Source of the DNA: Candidatus Latescibacterota bacterium | Lineage (GTDB): Bacteria; Latescibacterota; UBA2968; SICM01 | Reading direction: 5' to 3' | NCBI GenBank assembly: GCA_965217865.1 | Contig: CBDCJO010000001.1 | Span: 96,001 to 160,000 of the forward strand | DNA: 64,000 nt | Shown: positions 1-9,368 of the stretch, one piece after another | Numbering within the stretch: the stretch's first letter is position 1 | Layout: each line of letters begins with the position of its first letter | Notes under the pieces: generated by a model | The model's database searches: none | The model's input: the letters and a program-made list of their open reading frames with translations, nothing else | What the model was told of the DNA's origin: nothing | Translations under genes and position numbers: made by a program

Positions 1-1
1 G

Positions 2-454
2 AATGAATTTGGGCATCAGGGTTTTCGAGAGCTTGTCCGAGCGGGTGCCCTTGACATCGTCCAGCCCGACACGAGTCGTTCAGGCGGGATTTCAGAGGTC
101 CTGAGAATCGCCGGAACGGCCGACGGACACGGCGTGAAGGTCGCGACACACAGCTGGAGCGATGCGATCGCTGTCATCGCCAATGCGCACGTCGTCTCCG
201 CGATAAAAAACGGGATCGCCGTCGAGGTTGACCAAACCGGGACCCCGTTTATCGAAGACCTGCTGGTCGAACCTTTGCATATCGCCGATGGGAAGCTGGA
301 ATTAGGGGACGCCCCCGGTTTGGGAATCGAGTTGAATCAAACAGCGATCGATCGGCTGCGAATGTCCGATCCCATCACCGTCCCGGACGGCTCCTACTCG
401 GACATGATGTTCGGAAAAAATCACTTCCCAACCCCCCAATCCTATACCGGGTAA
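2..454 (+). CDS. Mandelate racemase/muconate lactonizing enzyme family protein, C-terminal part (5' end outside window)
   Basis: Frame is open from base 2: NEFGHQGFRELVRAGALDIVQPDTSRSGGISE...HSW...PGLGIELN, typical of the enolase-superfamily barrel. Confidence 0.85.
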   Translation, partial: NEFGHQGFRELVRAGALDIVQPDTSRSGGISEVLRIAGTADGHGVKVATHSWSDAIAVIANAHVVSAIKNGIAVEVDQTGTPFIEDLLVEPLHIADGKLELGDAPGLGIELNQTAIDRLRMSDPITVPDGSYSDMMFGKNHFPTPQSYTG

Positions 455-569
455 CCGTAACCCGGATCGCCGTCGAGCAGATCTTCAATATTGTTTTGGG
501 GCTCGACTTTTTTTGCATTTTCCATTTTGCACTTTGCATTTCCATTTCCATTTCCATGGGGAAAGATCG

Positions 570-1382
570 ATGAAATACCGATACGGCGAAATGATCTGGT
601 ATGAAATCAAAAACGCTGCGGAACAGGACAGAGTCGCGGTTCTTCCCGTAGCCACCATTGAGGACCACGGTCCTCATCTCCCGGTTGACACGGATGTCCT
701 TCTCACCTCGGAAATCTGCGACCGGGCGGTTGGCCGCATTCCTGAAGAGGCGATCCTCGTACCAGTTGTCCCCCACGGATACAGTCCCCACCACATGGAT
801 TTTCACGGCACGATCACAATCGCTTGGGACACCTTTATCAAATACGTTCAGGATGTCTGCTGCAGCCTCGCCTACCACGGGTTCAAACGAATCCTCGTTG
901 TAAACGGCCACGGAAGCAACACCTCACCTCTCGACCTCTCTGCCAGACTATCGAACATCGAATACGAAGGAAAGATCCTGTGTGCATCCGTCAACCACTG
1001 GGACCTTCGAAAAGTGAAGGACGTCGGGGGTGCCCTTCGGGAATCGGGGTATGGAGGCACCTCACACGCGGGCGAATATGAAACATCCCTCTACCTCGCG
1101 TTAAAACCCGATCTTGTGAAAATGGATAAGGCCGTGGACGAAAGGTCACCCCTCCCTCCGAGCTTTAAAACGGATCTTCTTTCGGGCACACACCCGGAAG
1201 GGTCCGCAGCCCGTCTGATCCCCTACTGGAGTTCGCAAACCGCCAGCGGGGTGTTGGGGGACGCAACGAAAGCCACAAAGGAAAAAGGTGATAAATTCCT
1301 TGCGGCCGCCACCGTCGGGCTGATTGAATTGATCCGGGAATTGAAGGGAACAGATATTCCACCCAGGCGGGATCAGCATTGA
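570..1382 (+). CDS. Creatininase/creatinine amidohydrolase family protein
   Basis: Motifs EDHGPHLPVDTD, GYSPHH, NGHGSN, HAGEYETS. ATG 570 chosen because the upstream ORF extension is heptamer-repeat DNA. Confidence 0.9.
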   Translation: MKYRYGEMIWYEIKNAAEQDRVAVLPVATIEDHGPHLPVDTDVLLTSEICDRAVGRIPEEAILVPVVPHGYSPHHMDFHGTITIAWDTFIKYVQDVCCSLAYHGFKRILVVNGHGSNTSPLDLSARLSNIEYEGKILCASVNHWDLRKVKDVGGALRESGYGGTSHAGEYETSLYLALKPDLVKMDKAVDERSPLPPSFKTDLLSGTHPEGSAARLIPYWSSQTASGVLGDATKATKEKGDKFLAAATVGLIELIRELKGTDIPPRRDQH

Positions 1383-1387
1383 AAGAC

Positions 1388-2013
1388 CGTGAAACCTGAG
1401 ACGTGAAACGGAAATCTGATGTCAGAGGTCAGATGTCGGATGTCAGGGGATCGTGATTGGGAAAATCAGTGGACGGACATATAAAATTCGGTCAAGTGTC
1501 AGACCTAAGCCCCTGCGCCCACGTGTGACCATTGTAGGGGCGAACCTGTTTGTCCGCCCCGGATTGGATGTAAACGAATCACCGGGCGAGGCACCGCCTC
1601 GCCCCTACGGGAAACCGGTTGGCCGACAAAATTGGTGCAGGGACACGGCATGCTGTGCCCCACGAGGAAAATCTGTTTCAGAATATTCTTGACGAAGAAT
1701 TGAGTTCGATCAGGGGTCAAACCTAACCCCTGGCCCCTTCCCTAAAGGGAAGGGGAATTGCAAAATGCAAATTCTAAATTGAAAATTGCAAACACAATGA
1801 TTTGGCGCAGAGACGCCCTTGGTGTGCCCGTCGGATTACTAATCCCCTGACGCCTTGTTTGTCATTCTGAGGGACCGTAGCGACCGAAGAATCTCTGTTT
1901 TCAGCTGGAAGTTACCTTAGGATGGACAAACGAGATTCTTCGCTGGCGCTCAGAATGACACACAATGCTTCTCATTCTGTATTCTGACTTCTGTATTCTG
2001 TATTCTGTATTCT
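1388..2013. repeat. Mosaic intergenic repeat block (heptamer arrays, GTAG-type REP doublet, CCCC/GGGG hairpin, GTCATTCTGAG palindromic element)
   Basis: GTAGGGGCGAACC...CGCCCCTAC (about 1533-1608); CCCCTTCCCTAAAGGGAAGGGG (about 1734-1755); TGTCATTCTGAG..GAAGAATCTC / GAGATTCTTC..CTCAGAATGACA (1860-1960); ATTCTGT-type heptamers 1974-2013. Confidence 0.75.
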
Positions 2014-2093
2014 TTTTCTTCCTTTCGATTCTTGCAAAAACCCACAAACCCCTGTATTATTAATCCTGATTTTCCATTTTTTCCAGGAGCCTA

Positions 2094-3224
2094 ATGATGC
2101 CGGAATTGAAGACCGTTTCACGAAACATCCTATTCCCGAAGCTTCGGGACGCCTTCGACTTCGCACAGCGTCAGGTGAGATCGGCTATCGACGCCCACCC
2201 CGGCTACTATCCGATGTACACCGTGGACGGGAAATGGGCTCAGGAAAAGGACCTCTGGACGCACTGGTGTGAAGGATTTTTCCCCAGCCAGATGTGGATG
2301 TTCTACGATCTGACCGGAGATCCGAAGTGGCGGGAATCCGCAGAGCAATATACCGGAAAGCTGGAACCCAGAAAGGAAGACCGGAACGTCCACGATCTCG
2401 GATTTATCTTTCTGAACACCTACGGCCGTTGGTACGGCATAACGAAGGACAAAAAACTTCGTGACGTGCTCGTTCAGGCCGGCCGCACCCTCGCCCTTCG
2501 GTTCAAGGAAAAGGGGGAATATCTCTGTTCCTTTATCGGCCCTGAATCCCTGTTTATCGACATCATGATGAACGTACCCATCATCTTTCGGGCTGCCCTC
2601 GAAACGGGGGACGATCGTTTGATGGCCATTGCCAATCGTCACTGCCTGACCTCCAGGAAGTACATCGTTCGCGGAGACGGTTCCACCTCCCACGAAGGCA
2701 TATTCGATCTGGACACCGGGGAATTTCTTCGTCAGAGCACCCATCAAGGACACCGAAGCGACTCCTGCTGGGTCCGCGGCCTCACCTGGGCCCTGTATGG
2801 ATTCGCCACCTCCTTCCGGCTTTCGGGAGATCCCAGATATCTTGAGACATCGCAAGCTTGTGCAGACTACTATATCTCGCATTGCGGCGAAGGTCTCGTT
2901 CCCCCTTTTGACTTCGATGTCCCGGAAGGGCCCGACCGTATCTGGGACAGCTCCGCAGGAGCCATCGCCGCGTCCGGACTTCTGGAGCTGGCCGACCTCG
3001 TCGCTTCCCCGGACCGGAGTCAATTTTACCGGAATGCTGCGATGACAATATTGGAGAGTCTCACCTCGGAATCGTTTTTGGGCAAATACCACCCAGGTGA
3101 AGAAGGAATCCTCCTCCACGGCGTCTACCACCTGAACAAGGGCCTGGGGGTGGACGAGTCCGTGGCCTGGGGTGACCATTTTTTCGTTGAAGCCGTATAC
3201 AGGGTGTTGAAGGCCGGATTATGA
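2094..3224 (+). CDS. Glycoside hydrolase family 88 (unsaturated glucuronyl hydrolase-like)
   Basis: WCEGFFP, HDLGF, IDIMMN, WVRGLTWALYGF, DSSAGAIAASG, WGDHFF motifs. Confidence 0.9.
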   Translation: MMPELKTVSRNILFPKLRDAFDFAQRQVRSAIDAHPGYYPMYTVDGKWAQEKDLWTHWCEGFFPSQMWMFYDLTGDPKWRESAEQYTGKLEPRKEDRNVHDLGFIFLNTYGRWYGITKDKKLRDVLVQAGRTLALRFKEKGEYLCSFIGPESLFIDIMMNVPIIFRAALETGDDRLMAIANRHCLTSRKYIVRGDGSTSHEGIFDLDTGEFLRQSTHQGHRSDSCWVRGLTWALYGFATSFRLSGDPRYLETSQACADYYISHCGEGLVPPFDFDVPEGPDRIWDSSAGAIAASGLLELADLVASPDRSQFYRNAAMTILESLTSESFLGKYHPGEEGILLHGVYHLNKGLGVDESVAWGDHFFVEAVYRVLKAGL

Positions 3225-4135
3225 TCCTTACCGTCATACGGAAATTTCCTCCCGTCCGATTCGTCTCCGCCGCTTTGATCATCCTTGTTGGCACCCTGTT
3301 TCATACATCATCAGGCGACGAATTCAAACCCAACGGCCTCGTGGTCCTCCTCACCGATTTCGGAGTTACCGACTTTTATGTCGGTGCGATGAAAGGGGCG
3401 GTGATTCGGACACAACCGGGCGTTCGGATCGAAGAAATAACACACGGCGTTCCCAAATTCGATGTGTCCTCCGGAGCTTATGTCCTGGGCAAAACCGTCC
3501 CAGAGTTTCCCAAAGGGACTGTGTTTCTCTGCGTGGTCGATCCCGGCGTGGGCACGGCCCGGAAGTCTGTGGCAGCCCTGACTCGAGACGGGAATATATT
3601 CGTGGGCCCGGACAACGGCCTGTTCACACGGGTCATCCAACAGGCCGGCCTAGCTGGGGCCTATGAGCTGACCAACGAGAAGCTGATGGGAAGAAAAACG
3701 CTATCCAGCACCTTCCACGGGCGAGACGTTTTCGGTCCCGTTGCCGCCCACCTGGCTGCGGGATTTCCGATCGCGGGCGTTGGGCCGAGACTGGACGGGC
3801 TCGTCCAGTTGAAGCCTGGAGAACCACGCGTGGAAGACGGGAAAGTCATTGGAGAGGTCACGGTCGTGGATGAGTACGGAGATGTATTGACGAACATCCT
3901 GAGGAAGCACCTTGAGAGCAGGGGCATCGAGAAGGGGGACACCCTGAAGATCAAAATCGGGGATAGCGAACTGGTGGCCCCATTCTTGGCGACCTACGGG
4001 GACGTCCCGGTTGGAAGACCCGTTTGCATGATCAGCAGCGGGGAGGTTTTCGAGGCCGCGATGAACCAGAGAAACCTGGGCAAATCGATCGGGGCAAGAC
4101 CAGGTGATCCGGTGATCGTGCAGAAAGCGAAATGA
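3221..4135 (+). CDS. SAM hydrolase/SAM-dependent halogenase family (DUF62) protein with N-terminal hydrophobic leader
   Basis: LLTDFG, VVDPGVGTARK, GPDNG, STFHGRDVF motifs; start overlaps the upstream stop (ATGA). Confidence 0.9.
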   Translation: MILTVIRKFPPVRFVSAALIILVGTLFHTSSGDEFKPNGLVVLLTDFGVTDFYVGAMKGAVIRTQPGVRIEEITHGVPKFDVSSGAYVLGKTVPEFPKGTVFLCVVDPGVGTARKSVAALTRDGNIFVGPDNGLFTRVIQQAGLAGAYELTNEKLMGRKTLSSTFHGRDVFGPVAAHLAAGFPIAGVGPRLDGLVQLKPGEPRVEDGKVIGEVTVVDEYGDVLTNILRKHLESRGIEKGDTLKIKIGDSELVAPFLATYGDVPVGRPVCMISSGEVFEAAMNQRNLGKSIGARPGDPVIVQKAK

Positions 4136-4185
4136 AGGGACGGGACTTTGCAATTTCCATTTTCCACTTTTCATTTTTCATTTCC

Positions 4186-4842
4186 ATGACAACCGACCTC
4201 ATCCTTATCCGCCACGGCCAGGCCGTCAGGGACGCCGGGCGGGGCCTTGTCGGATGGTGGGCTGATGTTCCGCTCTCCCGGAGAGGGCGTCTCCAGTCCA
4301 TTCTCCTTTCCGAACACCTGAAATCAAAGTTCTCCATCGAGGCCCTTTACGTCAGCCCGTTGACCCGTGCGTGGGAAACGGGAGATATCGTCCATCGGAA
4401 AATCCGGTGCAGGCCGATTCGGGAACCGGGTTTGCGGGAACTGGACGGGGGCGATCTGGTGGGGCTGACCTACGACGAGGCCCGTCGAAAATACTCTGAC
4501 CTGATCGGCCGCCCCCTGGAATTCGACGAACGTTATCCCGGAGGAGAATCCTATGCTTCTTTGCACACCCGTGTGGTAAAGACTATCGATCGGATCGTGG
4601 TCGATCACGCCGGTGATACAGTTGCGGCCATAACCCACGGCGGTCCGATTAACATTTATCTCCGGAATCTCATGGGCCACGGACCCGAAGAACAACAGTT
4701 CAGGTTCGAGTGCGGGGACTGTTCGATTCACCACATCCGGTTTGGGGAGGATGGCGACCGGACTATCTTGACCATCAATAACACCGCCCACCTGAACGCC
4801 ATGCCGAAAAGTCGGAGACGGAAGCCCGATCTTCAAACCTGA
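4186..4842 (+). CDS. Histidine phosphatase (phosphoglycerate mutase) family protein
   Basis: LIRHG, SPLTRAWET, LRE, PGGES, THGG motifs. Confidence 0.88.
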   Translation: MTTDLILIRHGQAVRDAGRGLVGWWADVPLSRRGRLQSILLSEHLKSKFSIEALYVSPLTRAWETGDIVHRKIRCRPIREPGLRELDGGDLVGLTYDEARRKYSDLIGRPLEFDERYPGGESYASLHTRVVKTIDRIVVDHAGDTVAAITHGGPINIYLRNLMGHGPEEQQFRFECGDCSIHHIRFGEDGDRTILTINNTAHLNAMPKSRRRKPDLQT

Positions 4843-5131
4843 TTTCTGGAAACCAGAATCATTCCGGGGTTCACTTTTTGGCTCTCCTTGGAAGTGGACC
4901 CTGCCTTCGCGATTGACACCCGGGGCTTCAAGCTAATCGAGAAGCGGAGGCTAAAGTCATGACCTTCTTTCAGCGCCAACGGCGCGTTGTCCCTCAACCC
5001 AGGCGAGCTGCCCTGGATCCTTGGAAAGCAATAGCTTGTGCGGCCTGACTGGCCACGATAATTGTTACCTACATCCGCAATCAGGAAAAGCATCACCAAA
5101 AGAGGACGTTTCAGGGATTGATCCGGATCGC

Positions 5132-5284
5132 GGACCGTTGGCCCGCTCGATTCGGCCACATCCAAACCCAGCCCGTTGGGCTGGGCCAAGAAATCACGGG
5201 CCCTTGGCCCGTTGATGCGCTCACATTCAAGCCCAGCGCATTGGACTGGGCAAAAGAATCACGGTCCATTGGCCCGCTGATGCG
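5132..5284. repeat. Degenerate 65-bp tandem REP-like units
   Basis: CCCAGCCCGTTGGGCTGGG..ATCACGG..TTGGCCCG.TGATGCG at 5167 and a variant at 5232; each unit contains a palindrome. Confidence 0.6.
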
Positions 5285-5360
5285 TCGCTTCACTGAACCT
5301 CGCTTTCCACCAAAACCAGGAAGATCGCACTTTTCCAATTTGCACTTCCTTTATTCCCAA

Positions 5361-6731
5361 ATGTCTCCCGAGTCCGATCGCCTTCACAGCCTCGACCAGA
5401 TGCGCATCCGCGGCATCGATCCCTACCCCGGACGGTGCGACCGCACCCACCGGATTGCAGACCTCAAAGATGGAGAATCCGCGACAATCTCAGGAAAATT
5501 GAGCGCCTCGGCTGATGGAGGGCAAACCCTGCTCGATGAAAGCGGAACAATTGCTCTTTCCTTAGACCCCGATCGCGATAATCACTCGGTACAGCCATAC
5601 GTGGAATCGGGGGACTGGATCGAGGCGAAGGGGTTCCTCAGGGGAGGCCTATTTCGAGCCTCGGTCTGTCGGATCCTTGCCAAATCCATCGGGCCTGCTG
5701 TGGACTTCGACAGATTTTCGGCCGGGCATAATCGACTTCGGGACATCCTGAGATTAAGGGCCTTGACCCTGACCGCGGTTCGACGCTATTTCGAGGGGGA
5801 GGGATTTCTGGAAGTCGAAACCCCCCTCCTCGTGAGCACATCCGGCCAGGAACCCCATCTCATCCCGTTTAAATCCGAATACCTGGACAATCAGCATAGG
5901 GGAGCGAGGTATCTCGCGACCTCTCCCGAATATGCGATGAAGCGACTCCTCGCTTCCGGATTTGAACGGATCTACCAGATTTGTAAGTCCTTTCGAAACG
6001 GTGAGGACGAACAGGGTCCCACGCACAACCCGGAGTTTACGATCCTGGAATGGTACAGGGCCTTTGCTTCATACGAAGACATCATGATCGATGTCGAACG
6101 GTTGGTCGCCCAAGTCGCTCAGGATGTCCTCGGCAAGACCCGGATCGAATTCGGAAGCCGGTCCGTCGATCTCACGCCCCCCTGGGAGCGCATCACCGTT
6201 CGGGACGCGGTTCTGAAATACGCTGGGATCGATATCTTCGATCACAGGGAAGCACATTCCCTTGCCGCCTGCGCAACGGACCGGGGGTTTGCGACGGTTG
6301 CACTCGGCGACTCCTGGGATGTCGCTTTTTTCAAAGTCTTCCTGGAAGCCGTTGAACCGAATCTGGGTCAGGAGAAACCGGTTATCCTGACCGACTATCC
6401 CGCCTCTATGTCCGCCTTGTCGAAAATGAAGACATCTTCACCCGATATCTCCGAGCGATTCGAGATCTACATCGCGGGCGTAGAGGTGGCCAACGCCTTC
6501 ACAGAACTGAATGACCCCCGCGAACAGCGTGCCCGTTTTCACTCAGAACAGGAACAGCGTAGAAGTGACGGAGGAACGCCTCCACCGATCGACGATCGCT
6601 TTCTCGGTGCGATGGAAAGCGGCATCCCTCCCGCCGGGGGCATCGCCCTTGGGGTTGACAGGCTCGTCATGCTCCTCGCGAACGTCGACTGCATCCAAGA
6701 CGTCATCGCCTTCCCGTTCGACGAAATTTGA
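5361..6731 (+). CDS. epmA: EF-P lysine aminoacylase EpmA/GenX with a LysRS-like N-terminal extension
   Basis: YLATSPEYAMKRLLA, FRNGE..HNPEFTILEWYR, ERFEIY, ANAFTEL, GIALGVDRL; N-terminus RIRGIDPYP..DRTH resembles class II LysRS. Confidence 0.8.
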   Translation: MSPESDRLHSLDQMRIRGIDPYPGRCDRTHRIADLKDGESATISGKLSASADGGQTLLDESGTIALSLDPDRDNHSVQPYVESGDWIEAKGFLRGGLFRASVCRILAKSIGPAVDFDRFSAGHNRLRDILRLRALTLTAVRRYFEGEGFLEVETPLLVSTSGQEPHLIPFKSEYLDNQHRGARYLATSPEYAMKRLLASGFERIYQICKSFRNGEDEQGPTHNPEFTILEWYRAFASYEDIMIDVERLVAQVAQDVLGKTRIEFGSRSVDLTPPWERITVRDAVLKYAGIDIFDHREAHSLAACATDRGFATVALGDSWDVAFFKVFLEAVEPNLGQEKPVILTDYPASMSALSKMKTSSPDISERFEIYIAGVEVANAFTELNDPREQRARFHSEQEQRRSDGGTPPPIDDRFLGAMESGIPPAGGIALGVDRLVMLLANVDCIQDVIAFPFDEI

Positions 6732-6793
6732 ATCGTGTGCCCCGTTAACAATTTGACTCGTGAAGCCCGACGCGCGGCTTTTGTATCCTGCTT

Positions 6794-7897
6794 ATGAGCG
6801 AAACTACCGTTCTCCCCATCCGGGTGCGCGATACCCGCGTCGACCTCAAGGGCATGCTTCCTGCCGAATTGGAGGCGTTCATCTCCTCGATGGGAAAGGA
6901 GCGATACCGGACCAAGCAGCTCCTTGCCTGGATCTACGATCGGGGAGTCACCTCATTCGAGGAGATGACGAACCTCTCCCTGGAGTTCCGCGAACAGCTC
7001 TCGAAGTGCGCCCATGTCTCGGAGCTCTCAGAGACGGAACGGATCCGGTCCTCGGACCACAAGGCCCTCAAAATCCTCTTCACCCTTTCCGACGGTCTGC
7101 GAATCGAAAGCGTCCTCATGTTTGAGAAGGGTCGCCGAACCCTTTGCGTCTCCTCACAGGTGGGATGCCCCCTCGACTGCACATTCTGCGCCACCGGCAA
7201 GATGGGGTTCGTCCGGAACCTGACAACCGGCGAGATTGTCGACCAGGTGATCGCTGCGAGGCGGGAGCTTGCTTCACGGGATGAAGATCTGACGAATATC
7301 GTCTTGATGGGAATGGGGGAACCGCTCCTGAATTACGAACCGGTCGTCCGGGCCGTCCGGCTCGTGGGTCTGGAAATCGGCCCGTGCATCTCGGCGCGGA
7401 AGATCACCCTCTCCACAGCAGGTCACGTCCCGGGCATTCTCCGACTGGCCGATGAAGGTTTGAAAATCGGTCTTGCCGTGTCCCTCAACGCCACCACGGA
7501 TGCAACGCGCACCCGAATCATGCCAATCAACGGGAAATGGCCCATATCCTCCCTGATTGACGCCGCGCTCGAATACTATCGAAGAGTTCAGCGCCGCATT
7601 ACATTTGAATACGTCCTCCTTGCCGGCGAAAACGATACCGATATCGACGCAAAACGGCTGATTGCGCTGGTACACCGGGTCCCGTGCAAAATTAACCTCA
7701 TTCCGTGGAATCCAATCTCCCCGTGCGATCCTGATTACCGACGCCCGACGCAGAACCGCATCGAAACCTTCGCAGACCACCTTCGAGCAGCCAATCTGAC
7801 CGTCAATATCCGTTACAGCAAGGGAGATGACATCGCGGCCGCCTGCGGGCAACTCATCACGGAAAACATGAATACAGAAAAACAGAATCCAGAATGA
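6794..7897 (+). CDS. rlmN: 23S rRNA (A2503-C2)/tRNA methyltransferase RlmN
   Basis: CVSSQVGCPLDCTFCATG, MGMGEPLLN, INLIPWN, DIAAACGQL. Confidence 0.95.
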   Translation: MSETTVLPIRVRDTRVDLKGMLPAELEAFISSMGKERYRTKQLLAWIYDRGVTSFEEMTNLSLEFREQLSKCAHVSELSETERIRSSDHKALKILFTLSDGLRIESVLMFEKGRRTLCVSSQVGCPLDCTFCATGKMGFVRNLTTGEIVDQVIAARRELASRDEDLTNIVLMGMGEPLLNYEPVVRAVRLVGLEIGPCISARKITLSTAGHVPGILRLADEGLKIGLAVSLNATTDATRTRIMPINGKWPISSLIDAALEYYRRVQRRITFEYVLLAGENDTDIDAKRLIALVHRVPCKINLIPWNPISPCDPDYRRPTQNRIETFADHLRAANLTVNIRYSKGDDIAAACGQLITENMNTEKQNPE

Positions 7898-8074
7898 AGG
7901 CCTCTTGTTTTTGATCTTATTCTGTATTCTGACTCCTATATTCTGTATTCCGGGGGGTGGAAGGTGGCGCCGGGCTTTCTTTCTTGAATTTTCCCGGGAC
8001 ATGTCTTATACTAAACCGGCGGGCGGACCCCGACCTATCCCGTCTCTCCTCTGTTTCTCCGGGCGGAAGGCACC

Positions 8075-9367
8075 ATGGAGCAGTTTGTTATCCAGGGGGG
8101 CCGAAACCTCAGTGGCACGATAACCCCATCGGGCAACAAGAATGCCGCAATGCCGCTCCTGGCGGCTGCCCTGCTTACAGATCAGGAGATCGTCCTTCAG
8201 AATGTTCCCAATATCGGCGATGTTCGAACCGTCGTCGAGCTCCTGATCGGTCTTGGGGTCGAAATCCACTCCAGCGGCGACCACGAACTCACCGTATGTG
8301 CACGTGACATCCACAGCACGAACCTCAGACGCGATTTGGCGGAGCGTGCCCGTGGCAGCGTCACCATCGCAGGTCCCCTCCTCGCAAGGTGCGGTCGTGC
8401 AGTCTTCCCCCGCCCGGGTGGTGACAAAATCGGACGAAGGAGGATCGATACCCACCTTCAGGCCTTCCAGTCCCTAGGCGCGGAAGTCCACGTCAACGAT
8501 ATCTACGAGGTAAAAGCTCCAAAGGGCCTTCGAGGGGCGGATCTCTTTCTCGATGAGCGAAGCGTCACCGCGACCGAAAACGCGGTGATGGCGGCGGTCA
8601 CTGCCCGGGGTGAAAGCGTTATACGGAACGCGGCTTCCGAACCCCACGTCCAGGAGCTATGCCGATTCTTGAATGCTATGGGGGCGGACATCAACGGAGT
8701 CGGCTCCGACCTGTTGACCATCCGGGGCGTGGACCGCATCGGAGGGGGAACGCATCGGATCGGACCGGATTACATCGAGGTCGGAAGTTTCATCAGCCTC
8801 GCTGCCCTGACCAACAGCCGGATTCGTATCGAACACGCACGTCCGCAGGATATGCGATTCTCCCTGATGGTCTTCCGGCGCCTGGGGGTCGAGGTTGAAA
8901 TCCACGGCGAGGATATTGTCGTCCCGGAGTTCCAAAAACTCGAAATTATCCCGGACGTTGGCGAAGCGATCCCCTCCATCTATGATACCCCTTGGCCTGG
9001 TTTTCCCTCCGACCTGATGAGCCTTGGCCTGGTCATTGCAACGCAGTCCCGGGGCACAGTTTTGTTTTTCGAGAAAATGTACGAAAACCGGATGTACTGG
9101 CTTGATCGTCTGATCGCCATGGGCGCCCGAATCATCGTTTGTGACCCCCACAGAGCCGTCGTCGTTGGGCCATCCCGGTTACACGGAGAGGGCCATTCCA
9201 GCCCCGATATTCGGGCTGGAATGGCCCTGATCCTGGCAAGCCTTTGCGCCTCAGGAGAGAGCATCGTCAGGAATATCGGGCAGATCGACCGCGGCTACGA
9301 ATGCATCGACGAGCGCCTCCGAAACCTCGGCGCATCGATTGAACGCAGGGCCGTTTCCGCCGATTAG
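8075..9367 (+). CDS. murA: UDP-N-acetylglucosamine 1-carboxyvinyltransferase
   Basis: [46 protein letters not shown]. Confidence 0.95.
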   Translation: MEQFVIQGGRNLSGTITPSGNKNAAMPLLAAALLTDQEIVLQNVPNIGDVRTVVELLIGLGVEIHSSGDHELTVCARDIHSTNLRRDLAERARGSVTIAGPLLARCGRAVFPRPGGDKIGRRRIDTHLQAFQSLGAEVHVNDIYEVKAPKGLRGADLFLDERSVTATENAVMAAVTARGESVIRNAASEPHVQELCRFLNAMGADINGVGSDLLTIRGVDRIGGGTHRIGPDYIEVGSFISLAALTNSRIRIEHARPQDMRFSLMVFRRLGVEVEIHGEDIVVPEFQKLEIIPDVGEAIPSIYDTPWPGFPSDLMSLGLVIATQSRGTVLFFEKMYENRMYWLDRLIAMGARIIVCDPHRAVVVGPSRLHGEGHSSPDIRAGMALILASLCASGESIVRNIGQIDRGYECIDERLRNLGASIERRAVSAD

Positions 9368-9368
9368 T

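Noticed and set aside
1388-2013. CRISPR array in repeat-rich spacers
   Set aside because: No constant 23-47 bp repeat with unique spacers; the repeats are heptamers and REP-like palindromes; no cas genes
2130-3179. Long antisense ORFs (also 18576-19676, 37364-39079, 43908-45143, 53160-54131, 57130-58368)
   Set aside because: Shadow frames opposite well-supported genes in GC-rich DNA, with no recognisable motifs
3221-4135. Fluorinase/chlorinase call
   Set aside because: TFHGR and the Asp/Arg/His triad indicate the hydrolase branch
5361-6731. Canonical lysS call
   Set aside because: Catalytic motifs are EpmA-type (SPEYAMKRLL, LEWYR) and the N-terminal domain is short and degenerate
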